Source: the human T2T-CHM13v2.0 reference genome, Homo sapiens | NCBI RefSeq assembly: GCF_009914755.1 | Contig: NC_060941.1 | Strand: one strand, 5' to 3' | Length of the DNA: 64,000 nucleotides | Part shown: positions 48,631 through 64,000 of the stretch, piece by piece | How positions within the stretch are numbered: the stretch's first letter is position 1 | Layout: every line of letters begins with the position of its first letter | Position numbers and translations under genes: made by a program | The notes under the pieces: model-generated | Told to the model about the DNA's origin: nothing | The model's input: the letters and a program-made list of their open reading frames with translations, nothing else | The model's database searches: none

Positions 48631-48841
48631 TAAACTCTAGATTTCTTTCTTGTCCTGGGCTCAGTGTCCTCTCGTGTTTATTTCCCCCACCTGGGGAGGG
48701 AGAAGGGGCCCTGGCATCGTGATCAATGACAAACATGTCCTGGGCTCCTATTTGATGAGACTGTCTCAAGGAGTTAGCACTATTATCAATGGAAGGCTTC
48801 TGCTCAGCTCAGAAAACATTCACCGAACTCTGGTGCAGTGA

Positions 48842-49123
<282 letters not shown>

Positions 49124-49330
49124 TCATTGAGAATTTATTACATGCAAATAGTATACATAAAAATAAATAATGGAATAAGTTGACTTATGTTAAGCATACT
49201 TAAGATGAGGTAGCAGTGAACTGTGAGAAGCTTCTTAGAGGCAGGAGGATGGAGATAGTTCCTAGAGAATGAGAAGTGAGGCAAGTCATGGGGGAAGAAA
49301 AGCTCTTCCACACATGGAGCAGCATGACCA

Positions 49331-49416
49331 AGAGTGAGGATGCAGGAGGATTTACGGGAGATCCGAGAGGCAGAGAGTGAGGATGCGGGAGGATTGACGG
49401 GAGATCCGAGAGGCAG
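49331..49416. repeat. 43-bp tandem duplication
   Basis: agagtgaggatgc(a/g)ggaggatt(t/g)acgggagatccgagaggcag x2. Confidence 0.92.
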
Positions 49417-49618
49417 TGAGCACATCCATTCGGCCAAAGTGGAGGATTCTCACAGGGGAATAATAAAACAGGTATAGAGAGTAATTAGGAATAGACTGTG
49501 GATGACCCTGAATACTCAGTAAAACGACTGGAATCTGTTTTATTGAAAGCTTATAGGATGAACTTTTAACAGTTGAGATACAACTGGCATACCAGCATCA
49601 GTCTTAAAATGGAAATAG

Positions 49619-49972
<354 letters not shown>

Positions 49973-50214
49973 TGAAAGTGGAGTGATGTATTGATGATTC
50001 CTGATACAGAGCTCTCAGATCTATACTTGCTAGAGAGCAAGAATATTCAAAATGCTGTTAAAGATCAAGGATATAGCTAAGGCCTGAAATACATGGCAGC
50101 ATAGCCTGGGGTAGGCCAGCAGTTGAAAAAGGGCAGGCAGCAGCCAGAGCCCTCGGTGGAACAGTGCTGAGCCATTACGCCTGTCCTAACTTCTCTGCTT
50201 GATCCGTGTCCTAG

Positions 50215-50430
<216 letters not shown>

Positions 50431-50896
50431 TGAGTGTATATAGTTCCCCCTCCTCCCTGGCCCAATTATTGTCCAAGTGAACAGAGAGGCTCTTGGCCCA
50501 GGGAAAGCGCCATCTGAGCCATGGTCTGCAGTCCCCTGTGTCCAGAACCACGTGGTTCTCTACCATGTCCCTTGTAGCCTTAGCCAGGAGGCTGCTCTGG
50601 CCTTAAGCACCTCTCAGCACTGCCTCTGTTCCAGCCCCACTCTATCAGCATCCTGGATCTCTGCGCTGCCGTGAGCCTTTGCTTTCCCTTGCTCTGAATG
50701 TGCTTCAGACTCAAGTCCCTGCTGCCGCTGTCCCAGCTGCTCCCCAAGCCCACAGACCTATAGACGAGGGTTGGCTGATATGCTGGCTTTGTGCTGCCTG
50801 CCTCTCACTGCTGCTTTTTCCTTCTTTTTTTTTTTTTCACCTTCATCCATTTTTTTTTCCTCTCCTACAACTTTTTGTTTTCTCCTTTCTTTGAAG

Positions 50897-50926
50897 GTTG
50901 TCAGACGTTACCGAGTCGCCCACGAG
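50897..50926 (+). CDS. TANC2: TANC2 alternative 30-nt microexon inserting GCQTLPSRPR between the ankyrin and TPR regions
   Basis: Very long pyrimidine tract ending ttgaag|, donor GAG|gtatat; 30 nt, phase 1-1, no stop; CpG-rich relative to the flanking intron; I recall a TANC2 isoform with this insert (not verified). Confidence 0.85.
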
Positions 50927-51002
50927 GTATATTTCACCGCTGTCAGCATCAGGCGTGGTCTGATGGCTTGGTCAGCTTTGCCTTCTCCTCTTTGGTTTAG
51001 CC

Positions 51003-51008
51003 TGCATG
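51003..51008 (+). promoter_or_regulatory. RBFOX-type TGCATG element downstream of the microexon
   Basis: Exact TGCATG 77 nt 3' of the microexon donor, the position where RBFOX usually enhances inclusion. Confidence 0.55.
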
Positions 51009-51725
51009 AGTTCCCTACACCTCTAATCTTTTAATTTACTTCACCTTAAAAAAAGATTTTTTTTAATGACTGTTGTAGAGAATAACTTGAACTTTTGATA
51101 ACTAACCTTGAAAAGCATAGTTTGTAAATAATTCAGGCATTTGTAAACTAATCAATTTAACCTTTTCTTTCTTTTTGTGGGTAAAGTCATCCTCAGTAAT
51201 GTTGGTTTGTTTCACATCTGATTGACATTCGAACTGTGCTCCTGCTTCAAAGTGAATCCCGGGGAGTCCTAGTTGGTACTTATCATTTAAGGGAAACTTT
51301 AGAGTTATCAGTGGTTTCCCTTCTGCAAAGTACATATTTTAAAGTTAAGAGGCTAAACATCTGGGGGTTTTGAGTCCCAAATCCAAAATAAATTACCCTT
51401 TTTGGACTTTTCAAATCCTGTGGTAATGTTTAATATAAATCCTTCCTCCCAATTCCTTATTTAAAATAATTCCAAACTGAGCCATTGCTTGCCCACATGC
51501 AGCACGCAGGCTTTGCTGCCCTCGCGTGGGGCAGGCTCACATGGTTCAAGTATTCTTATTTTAAGGTGAATACAAATCCAATGCAGCTTCTTGGCAGTGG
51601 GAGTTACTAAAATACTCCCAGGTCTAAAAGATGAGGTACTAATTGTGGAGCAAGTTGTTCTCTCAGCAGAAATTCCCCTAGGGTATTTTTTTCACCTAGC
51701 TTCCTACCACCCTTACATTGTATGA

Positions 51726-51908
<183 letters not shown>

Positions 51909-53744
51909 TAGAATCTTACAAAGTCTTGATAATTCTCATCCTTTGCGTAGAGGCAAAGGGAAACTACTGTTCCTCAGTGATGGCCTCATATGTTGGGGAT
52001 CCTGGGGTTCTGCCTTACCAAGAGAGCAAGAGTAGCCTATAGTTGCCTGCAGCTGATCAATCTAAAGCCCTGGTTTCACCTGGTCACTCACCCATGGTTT
52101 TGTCGATTTTTACATGGAATCTGTTAGGTAGGATCTGGAAACTCATGAGACAAGTCAAAGTAAAATTATGTAGTATAGCTATTTCCAGTATGTTGATCCT
52201 AGCTTTCATATGTCATAATATATACATAGATTAAAAAGTATATAGTAACAATAGCTTATCAGCATCCTTGAATAAGATAAGGAAACCAAGACAAATAGCA
52301 ATTATAAGATTTGTTTGAAATCATTCACTGAATGACAATAACAAAAACTGTGGAGGCTTTTTGTACTCACAGTCCAAGCTGAAGGCTCCATACCCTGACA
52401 CAAATGAATTCCTTGGTCTATTACATGTCAAAGTCATCGCACTGGATCAGCTGGATTACCCTGTCCCGAAGCTTCATACAAATCCAACCCAGTTTTTGGC
52501 AGCAGTCATCACTGACACTTCCCCAAGACTAAAAGATAAGGAGAAATAGTTGTGAAGCATATTATTCTCACCTGTGTCAGGAGTGTACAAGTTCCTAGGA
52601 GCAGAATTCTATCTTCTAAGTACCCTTTGAATGAGTCACGGTAATCTAGGACTCCCAGGCTTTCAGGAAGCTTAAGCCCTGGCCCAACCTTGATTTTACG
52701 TGACTTCATAGAAGGTCCTCATTACCCTAGATGTCATATTTATGGACTTCACAATGGCATTACTCTCAGATTATGTCCTGGTTATAGCATAACTTCTGGT
52801 ATTCTGAGGCGAGGAGTCCTCTTAATGAAAATATGCAGTGCCATTATTGTTCCCCTCAGAATTCTACCTTGAAAGACTCCAAATCTCTCCTTAGTGAATG
52901 GTGCTAAGGGAAAAGTAAAAGACTGGGATCCCTGTGGAGTTGTAACTATAGAGAAGGAATAGAGTGGATAAAGATCAGCTAAAGGGGTGGGAGATGCCGC
53001 CTGCATCTTTCTGGTCTCAGCTTATAGATTTTCAGATACAAAGTGGAAGAAAAGTTCAAGGTCGCTGTGGCCAGATCTCTAAATTGGTCATAGATTTACT
53101 TCCTCTTGGATAATCCCTCCTGCAACATCAGATGGAATCACAAACTCTAAACTTCACTTTTCTACTGCCACCCTACTCCATGCCTTTCCAAAAATGGGGA
53201 ACACTGATTGGTATTATTTTATGCCATGAGATTAGGGAAGCAACTGCTAGACTGCTTTAGCTCCCACATCCTTCATGAGGAAGAGAGTGACTTCTAGAGG
53301 GCTGGCCAGGTGGAGCGTCAGACCAAAAAAACAGTTCTCCAGACAAGCCAGAAATTAAGGAGGAAGTAATAACTTTGGAGTGCTTGGGGTTAGGAAGTCA
53401 TATGTGTTATAGAGAGCAAAGGAACTTTGAAATGAGCATGGTCAGCCTCTTTGGAATCCAGTTGGGAAGTCAGGGTCCAGGGCCTTCCATTTGCCAAGGC
53501 TTTGCCTCCCTGGCTTGTATCTTGGGTATCCCCTCAACCTTGCCTTTCCTGCCAGGTGAGTTTCCTATAGAAAAGACTAGACCCTTCTGCCCTCACCATC
53601 AGGGCCAGAACTCCTCTCTAGGCTGGCGTTTGGGAGGGTTAGCCCTTAGTAACAGCTGCTGAGAAGAAGAAGGGAGTGGGGACCACACTTCCTCAGCTGT
53701 TCAGCAGACCAACTGTGTGTTTCGCCATCTTGTGCTCCCATTAG

Positions 53745-53930
<186 letters not shown>

Positions 53931-54802
53931 TAGCTGATAGCCTGTGTCACTCACTAGCTTTTACCAGGCCCCTGAAATCCTCCTCTGCCCCATTTGGAAC
54001 TTGGTTGTCCTTCACAGAGCACTGACATTTGCAATTTGAAAGAAATCAAGTCTAAGTACAATCTGTATCTCAAACTGTACAGAAATTAATGCTGCGAGTA
54101 CTTTGCAGCTTTCTGAATGTTCATAATTTAACTGAAAGTGATGAGAATACCATCTTTCCCACCCCCATACCACCAAGTCAGTGTTCTGGTCTTTGGGAAA
54201 ATGTGAGAGCAGTGGTCACTAGAATTCCAGTTGCAATTAGATGTGAATTGTAGTCATTACTCTCAGGTATATTCCCTTATCATTTGAAGAAGGGCTAAGG
54301 AGAGGGCTTGGACCATGGTCTTGAAGGTTTAATTTCTGAGGCTATCGAACTTTTCGCCTCTTTCCTCATCTTTGTATCCCAGCATGCTATGTCCCTTCTT
54401 GTCCTAGGGGGAATCTCAGAACTCCCCCTGGACCTTTATCGTCTCCCTGGTAAGCCACGGTCCTTCCTGCCTACCTTGCAGACCCATCTCACATGTCCCC
54501 AGACACTGCTCCCTCAGCCACTGCCCTTTAACGTGAAGACACTCCAAGCCAAGAACCCTCTCTCAGGTTTTGGAAATAGCTAAGATTGTGTCAGGAGTCT
54601 CTGACATCTACCTGCCTGAGGTCTCACAGTTCCTCAGGAGATAAAAATAATCCAAGCCAAACAGATGTATTGATCAATTAAAAACTCAGCTGGACAGAAG
54701 CAAGATTTGAACCTCATGGCCAGGGATCTTCCAGAAAGATTTGTGTGTGTAACCTTTAGATCATCCATTCCAGACCCTAAACCCTGACACTGGAAGGAAC
54801 CT

Positions 54803-54999
54803 GAGTTAAACCTGACTGTCTCAGAGAACATAGCCATGACCTTCAGAGGCAGAGTTAAACCTGACTGTCTCAGAGAACACAGCCATGACCTTCAGAGGCA
54901 GAGTTAAACCTATCTCAGAGAACACAGCCATGACCTTCAGAGGCAGAGTTAAACCTGACTGTCTCAGAGAACACGGCCATGGCCCTCAGAGGCAGAGTT
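54803..54999. repeat. 49-bp minisatellite, 4 copies
   Basis: gagttaaacctgactgtctcagagaacacagccatgaccttcagaggca units at 54803, 54852, 54901 (45 bp) and 54946. Confidence 0.95.
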
Positions 55000-55844
55000 G
55001 CTCCAGGGTGCTGAGGGAAGTGGGGATGTGGAAGAGGCCCCCCAACCCCGGGAAGGGAGAAGGTGGCGGTCTCGGGAGACAGATTTTCATGCTCTTGGGG
55101 TCTCCTGTGAAATGAAAGGAACAGCACCAAGGCCTCCCCTGCACCAGCCGATGAGGATGAGGCAAAGCTCAGAAGTTGCTGCCAACCCACTGATCTCTTT
55201 TCCCTACCAAATAATAGACTTTTTAAAAATGCCCTCATATTTTTAGGAATAATGATGGTCCCAAAAGAACAAATAAAAGGGTAAGGCTGGAAGCAGAGCA
55301 GGGAGAGGGTGACCCATAAAAGCTGAAATTCTTTCTAGCTCCACATTTGTTCAGAAGCGGTTGTTAATCACCTCCTGGGCCAATACTGTGCCAAACACCA
55401 GACGTCTGTCTTCTTAGGTAGAGGATTTCCCATCAACTTTTAAAAAATTTTTTTACCTATGCCCCAGGGCCTTTGTTCTGCCCAAGGCCTTGTTTTCTGC
55501 CTTAGGACTCATGACCATAACCAGAGGCTACCATGCTATACTGTGGCTTTGACACTAAAAGAAGGGGAAAGCCTTCTCTTTTAGCTTAGTATTTAAGGGA
55601 ATACTGAAAACCATAGGCTGCCTAGTCGGCGTTGTTCCCCACCCCACCCCCCAGTCTCTGTTTCCAGGGGTTCTCAGGAATGACATGCCTGTGAGCGTGT
55701 TCCTCTAGGGAGAGCACAGACCTCAGTCACAGCTGGGGTCTTCTCTTGTTTTGTTTTATTTTTAATTTTAAGTGTTTCCTAAGTAAGGAACCAGTTAAAA
55801 AAAGGAACAGATCAGAGAAGCCTCTGTGAAATAGAAAGAAAACG

Positions 55845-56005
55845 ATAATTAATGAGCACCTACTATGTGCCGGGAACTGTGCAGGGCTTTTAAATACTGT
55901 ATCACACTTGATCCTACCCCCGGGGTAGGTATGGATGAGAAAATACACTATACACTTGGGGGTTATGAAGCTGGTCAGAGAATTGAACCCAGGTCTGTCT
56001 GACAC
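55845..56005 (-). mobile_element. MIR
   Basis: aatgagcacctactatgtgccggg...gatgagaaaa...ttgaacccaggtctgtctgac. Confidence 0.75.
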
Positions 56006-56520
56006 CCCCTCTCCCTCTAGTCTCTGTAGTCAGTGCAGTTTCCTTTACAGACGTCATCCTCCCGGACTTTACAGGACACCTTCTCACCTGTCCCTTAGAA
56101 AGCCACAGTGTAGTGCATGTAGCAGGAAGGTGTGGGGCTCAGACCAGGGTCCACGTGAAATGTGGACATGTGTGCGTTTGCCTCCTACATGCATGGATAA
56201 CTTCAGGAGCTTCACTGGAAAGGGTTGGTGTTTGGCTTCCGGGCTGAGAACTTTATTAGAAAGGCAAAAAGAGGGAAAATTAAAACTATTTTAATATTCT
56301 GGGCAGATAAAGTCCAGTGAGCAGTCGCAGCGCTACACAGGACAAAGGCAGAAGGAACTTTCAGTCCACAGGCCACGCGGCTTGAGCCATGTCAGGCACG
56401 TCTAGCGTCCCAGGCGTTCCATCCATGAATGTCAAAAAATGTACAAATAATTTGTTTTATTCCCAAGTTGTCTATTTTTTATATCTCATCAATGACTCAT
56501 TTGCACACCTATTGTAATGA

Positions 56521-56625
<105 letters not shown>

Positions 56626-58162
56626 TGAGGAGAGAGAGAGAGGGTGAAAGCAAGAGGTCTCTTTTCTGAAAATTTGGCCAAGGCAGCGTCGGCCACCCTG
56701 GGGCATATGTACCCAAATACATCTCTGTCCTTGAGAACTGTCAGGGCCAAGCTTTGGGGATGGCTCCCATAGCACAGCCCTCAGCTCAAGATCAGCAAAT
56801 CTGCTGGGCTGTGGAGGCCACGAATGTTTCACTTCGGGAGAAAAACACTTTTTCACTGGAGAATGGCAGCTTCTTCCAAGAAGCCTCTGCCGTATCTCAG
56901 GCATTTTTCAACCCCCAGAGCAGCTAGCACAAAGAGACAACGGCGACTTAAAGAAATCACTTAAGCAGAGCACCCCACCCCCGCTTTAGAGGGAAAGTAG
57001 GATGGTTCACTTAACATCACAGGTTCCTCTTCCTTCTCCCATAGGCGTTTGAGGAATCCCGGATTAGTTAGTCTTCCCTCTGGGGCTCTCCTCAAGTCTG
57101 GTGGCATCAGACCCCCTTCCACCTAAACCATCACCCACCACACACACACAGAGTCAAGAGGTCCTTGCTGCCAGGATGGAGAGGACCCTCTAAGAGAACA
57201 CCATTCCACATTCCTTGTGCCCATCTGCTTTAGTTTGGCCACTGGGCAGAAAAGCTCCCAGAATAACCTAGAACCTGCCATCAGTGATCTTTGTGTAACT
57301 TGTCACTGTCTCTTATGCCTCCTGCCCTCCTCCTCCCCAGCTGCATGGGAAAGAACTGCTTCAGGTTCACTGCTATGGCCAGGGGCACATGGTCCCGAAA
57401 ATCACACCCAGCTTGAGGCTAGTGATGGTGGTGGCAGTGATCGCACTCTTACCTAGCTGGGGCAACGAAGTCCTCACAGAAATCTGACTGAAATTCTCCT
57501 TCCCTCTGGGTAGTTCCTTTTTCACAAGGTCAGTTGCCCCTGTCAGGTGATATTAGTAGAGAAGATGGGAATGTCTCTGACAGTTCATTTCTTCATTTGT
57601 AAATTAGAGTCTCCTTGGAGTCAGCTCAGCTCCAGCCCCGAGTGACCTAGTCAGCAAGCCTAATGCCTGCCCCACTTTGATAGAGCAAATGGAGACACAG
57701 CAATTCTGAGAGATGAGGGTTAGAAAGGGCAGAGGACAGGGTTCTTGCCTAGAGTAGAACAGGCCTGAAATTTGGAGCTAAAATATTGAGAATATAAAGA
57801 AAAATTTCTGCTGGATCAGCAAGATTTTTAAATATGTAGTTTTTTTTGTTCCTAAGCTACTTGACAGTGACCCTGTAAATGACAACCCCACCCAACTCTC
57901 ATACTGCCTGGTGTGTGTTTGGGCACCAAAACAACTTCCCGAAGGGCCTGGCTGGACTGACAAAATGGGGCATTTCTCCACTATTCCCAGAGAGGCCAGA
58001 AGGAAGATGGAGGCCGAATGGGTTAGGGAATCATTCGGACTCTTCCAGAATGAGTCTTCCTGTTTCCTTCCCTATAAATCCAACTAAACCGAAATACCCC
58101 AGACTCCCACAGACGCCACCACAGCTCTCTGAGATAGTGACCATGTTCTCAGCTCTTGGTGA

Positions 58163-60172
<2,010 letters not shown>

Positions 60173-61825
60173 AAGACGTTTTGTTGGAGTGAGACCCATA
60201 TGTTTTCACTGCACATTTTCAGGCTTGGTTTCCACATTCGAGGTAGTTCTCTGGCTTAATTTCTCATGTAGTTTCTGTGTGGTGTTCAGAGGTGGCAGCC
60301 CACATGCTGAAATCCTTTGCATGCAGCCGACTGGGAAGCGGCCTCCCGGGAGCCAGGACTTCAGTTTCTCTTGTCTGTGCCCAGCCACATGCTCTCTCCC
60401 TCTCTTCAGATGCCAACGAGGAGATTTTCGTGCTGTGTGCTTTAACCCAGGGAGATCAGACACACTGGTCAGCTTTTTCCAGGAGACAATCGCTTTCACT
60501 GATGTTCTTGTTGTGTAATTGTCTTTTTCCTTTTTTAAAAAATAAGGTGTTCTTGTTCGTTTTCTTCTAGAAACTTTAGAAAGAGTGCGATGCCCCTTTG
60601 CCTTTGCATCCTTAGCCAGTGTCACCCACACAGCCAGCCGCAGCGCATTCTCATGCTGTGGCCCCTCCCCAGACCGCCAGCGCCCTGCAGCCACCAGGTC
60701 TGCAGTGTGCATTAGGATTATTGCTGGTCTTCCTAGGGGGTAAAAGGATCAGAGAGAGAAGAATTAAGTGCTAAATTGGAAGAAAACCCCAATATAATTA
60801 TGTAAAATGTCACTACATTGATTTTCCAAGAGGCATTGTAGGAACATGTCAAAAACAGCCAGCCCTTTAAATATTGCAGTCAGCCAAGGAAATTAGATGA
60901 GAATTGTGGCTATTAAGAGAATTCACTGAGAGTTATTCTCTAGATTTTTAGCCGACAATTAACCACTAAAAGCTGCTGCTTTTCCAGGGTGGGGGAGGGA
61001 ATGAATACATAGAAAAACAAAAAAGATTGTTCTGGATTCTCAGTGAAAGGCTATAGGAAGTCTGTTCTGGAGACATCTACTTTTTAGATCCTGATACATC
61101 ACTGAGTGTCATACTCCACTAAAAGGAAACTCTAACCGAAGGCTGGCTGGTGTGACAATCCCGTTAGTTGGATCTTCACCTACAGCCAGATTTTGTTCTA
61201 GTGGCCCTCTTCCTGTAAACCCAGATGGTGTCATACAGAAATTGTTTCTTTCAGAAGCAGATTGGAATCTCTTGGGACCATGAGACTGAGTCCCAATATT
61301 TCCACCCAGGGTCATGCCCGTTGTTGTCTACTTCCATTTTGAGATCTATAGTTTGATTATCTATTATTACAGGAACTGTTTCTTTTCTTTTTCTAGGAGT
61401 GTTTATGAGAGTGTGATATTTTAAAGTCAGACGCAGCAAAAACTGTTTCAGGGTGAAGAAAGACCCCTTTCAGCCCTGTTTTGCAGCCCTGGGTGGGGGC
61501 ATGAGATAGACAGCAAGCTTCTGATCTTGAAGCTTGTCTAGAAGACACATCTTCTAGGTCTCGTGGTCATTTGGTAGGCTGACCTTTGAGTGAGCGAGGC
61601 CACTATTGAGTGGATAGCAAGAACATTGGAACCAAAGCCTCGGCACAGGCCTGGCACTGGCTGTACATCAGCTCTTACAACTAAACAACTCAACTAAGCA
61701 ACTGAAACGAAACAAAGGAGCATTCGTTCTCTGTTGTTAGGAATCATTCTGCTCTGTTAGGGAAGGGCTGCAGGAAGGGCAGTTTCCTGAATAAAAATCT
61801 GGCTGCGACCAGTCCCATGTGTCTG

Positions 61826-61847
61826 GTAAGTAAGTAAGTAAGTAAGT
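61826..61847 (+). repeat. (GTAA)5 microsatellite in the 3' UTR
   Basis: ctg gtaagtaagtaagtaagtaagt. Confidence 0.92.
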
Positions 61848-62052
61848 GCCCTTTGAAGGGATCATTAAGACACAGGGAGCATGAACCTGAGATCAGAAGC
61901 ATTTCTTTACTAATTTAGATTCTGCGAAATAGACGGACCTCTCCACCCCCAAACCTAAAACAGGCCAGGACTTGTCTCTGTGCTGAAAGCAAATAGCAAG
62001 ACTAACTCAAGCCCCAGCCTCTTTCCACACTCCCTGATACCTAAGGACTGCT

Positions 62053-62117
62053 TTCTCAGCTAGACCAGGGTGGGCATCAGCGACGCCTTCTCAGCTAGAC
62101 CAGGGTAGGCATCAGCG
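62053..62117. repeat. 30-bp direct repeat with 35-bp period in the 3' UTR
   Basis: ttctcagctagaccagggt(g/a)ggcatcagcg x2. Confidence 0.92.
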
Positions 62118-64000
62118 TCCTCTCTCCATCTCTATACCCCTCTCTCTCACATCAGGAAGATGAAATGTGTAGCTCTAGCGGCAACCTCTAGCCAGGAGCC
62201 CAGTGGCCTCTCAGATTGCTTTTTGGCCAGGTCTCAGCACTGCTGGCATCTTTACATCTTACTCCTTAAAACCGCCTCTCGCTGAGGAGCCACTGCATTT
62301 TGAAGAATTTCTCAGTGTCTGTCAGGAAAGTGCTCCTGCTCATTTGGAACGCCACACACCACCCGCACTCACCTGTCCAGGCGAATGAGCAGGTCCTGTA
62401 GCTTTACAAATATGCCGCTGATGCCGCTTCTCCCCAGGGTCTCTCAGTTTTCCAGGACAAAAAGATTTAGGGCCTATACCCTATGGGCAAAACACCTAAA
62501 ATGTCAACAGTCAAAATGCCATTCTTTTTGGCCATCATAAGAGGGAGTAGGTATCACTGCTGCATGCCAGTTGTTTTTGACTAGAATATGCCAACCAGAG
62601 CTTGTTGGGGCAGGAGACGTTTTTCCTTACAAGCAGACTGCCTGTGCCCTGTGCCCTGTTTGCTACTTCACTGCCATGGAATGATCCGAGTACTGTATTT
62701 CAGAGCTGCCCCTTCCCCAGCAGCAAACACTCGCTGAGTCCATGTCTGGCTTCAGGTGGGAGGAAATGTTTCAGATGAAACTTACTCAATTCATACCACC
62801 CTGAAATGGAGGACAGAGGTGACAAACTTCAGTTTAATAGGTTTCTCACCAAGTTGTATGTTCCATTGGCCCAGGATTCTTGCACTAATGGGTTTCTATC
62901 ACATCATGTCTATAAATGGGTGCACTTTACTGTTTGAATTTGTAACTGAAGTACTGGATATTTAAGTGTGAGTAATGTCTTCATTAGAAAATAGCAGAAC
63001 CGCTCTTGTCTTTTAGTGTATTTTTCAAGAAAAAAGGAAAGGAAAGACATCAAGCAGTGGATCACAACATTTATAGCACAAGAAATAACTTGTATATAAG
63101 CATCAAAAAGATTAAGAATTTTTTAATATGAAAAATATTTGCAGTGATTTTAAAGTGCTTTTCCAGCAATGTTCTTAGGGACTCCTGAGACACGGTTACT
63201 TTATCTACTGGATCAGTAAGGCACACAATTAACAATTAACAATTAATGTTTATTTACAAAGTAAAGGGAAAACCTGTGTAACATGAGAATTTGGCATGAC
63301 AAAATGGAGACCATTTTGTATCTTGTCCGGGTTGCAGACGTGCACTATTAAAGTCCCAAGTTAATAGAGCACAAACCCTTCTCGCTCCTCCCCCATGTGC
63401 CCCTCTTTTTAGATGTGTATAACTTAAACTCGATGGCTCAGGAAAATTCCACTAATTAGAATCATGTACAGTACCCCAGGTCGTTGTCCAGATATACAAG
63501 TTTGCTAATGTAGTTAAGCCTGGATTATTAAACACTTTTCCTAAATTATTGTAAACAGAACAGCTTAGAGAAAGGTATTCTCAGTCCTTAATATTGTATA
63601 GTAGTTTATGAGCCCCTCTCTAAATATTGGTATTTTTATATTCCAGAGATGTACCCAATAGAAAAAATTAAAAATTAATCAGTATCTAATTTAATATCCA
63701 TAAGTATTTTTCCTTAGATTTTAGTCACGTACAGTGGGCTATGTGGATGTCACTTGTGCTTCACCATAGTTTACCACTAGGTGTCACTGTGGCTCTGCAC
63801 TGCGCTTGTTTTGTAGCAAAGAACAGCGGCATCCCCTCGGGAGAGAGGAGCTGCTTCCAGGGCAACAGGCAAGCGGGCTCAGAGGTTCAGGAGAAGGCAA
63901 CAGAGGCCTGGAAGGGGTCTTCGTGCATCTGTGCCAGTTGTGCAAGACGAACTCTTTGAACACTACATGCTTTGGACTTCAGCCAGGCAGAGGCTGGAAG

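Larger units (their letters stand above)
60173..64000 (+). other. TANC2: TANC2 3' UTR, probably continuing beyond the window
   Basis: Follows the stop; no recognisable interspersed repeats; AATAAA 61790 and ATTAAA 63347, 63527, 63667; miRNA-seed and Pumilio-like motifs. Confidence 0.8.

Noticed and set aside
60987-61000. G-quadruplex in the 3' UTR (gggtgggggaggg)
   Set aside because: Only three G-tracts; not a canonical four-tract motif

Overview
Primate (almost certainly human) genomic DNA covering the 3' part of TANC2, a postsynaptic scaffold gene, on the + strand. I could splice 13 constitutive-looking coding exons (17938-60172) with GT-AG junctions and consistent phases. They encode the end of the P-loop region, the ankyrin repeats, the TPR repeats, a Q/P- and S/P-rich tail and the C-terminal PDZ ligand ESNV. 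A frame-preserving 30-nt microexon lies at 50897-50926, and about 3.8 kb of 3' UTR follows the stop. Introns are dense in Alu, L1, L2, MIR, MaLR/ERV1 LTRs and DNA-transposon fossils. The best non-obvious observations are: (1) a 231-bp mitochondrial COX3 insertion (NUMT) inside an old L1; (2) a single AluY split by a ~670-bp fossil inversion that also flipped a THE1 LTR piece; (3) a tailless 35-nt U2 snRNA retrocopy with target-site duplication (TSD); (4) a 31-bp inverted copy 7.7 kb away from its likely template, bracketing two in-frame exons; (5) an Alu that displaced a branch point; (6) candidate truncating terminal exons; (7) a (GTAA)5 U1-site array beside a 3' UTR AATAAA. I see no evidence for a new multi-gene system. 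Repeat subfamily names and boundaries come from recall of consensus sequences and are approximate.
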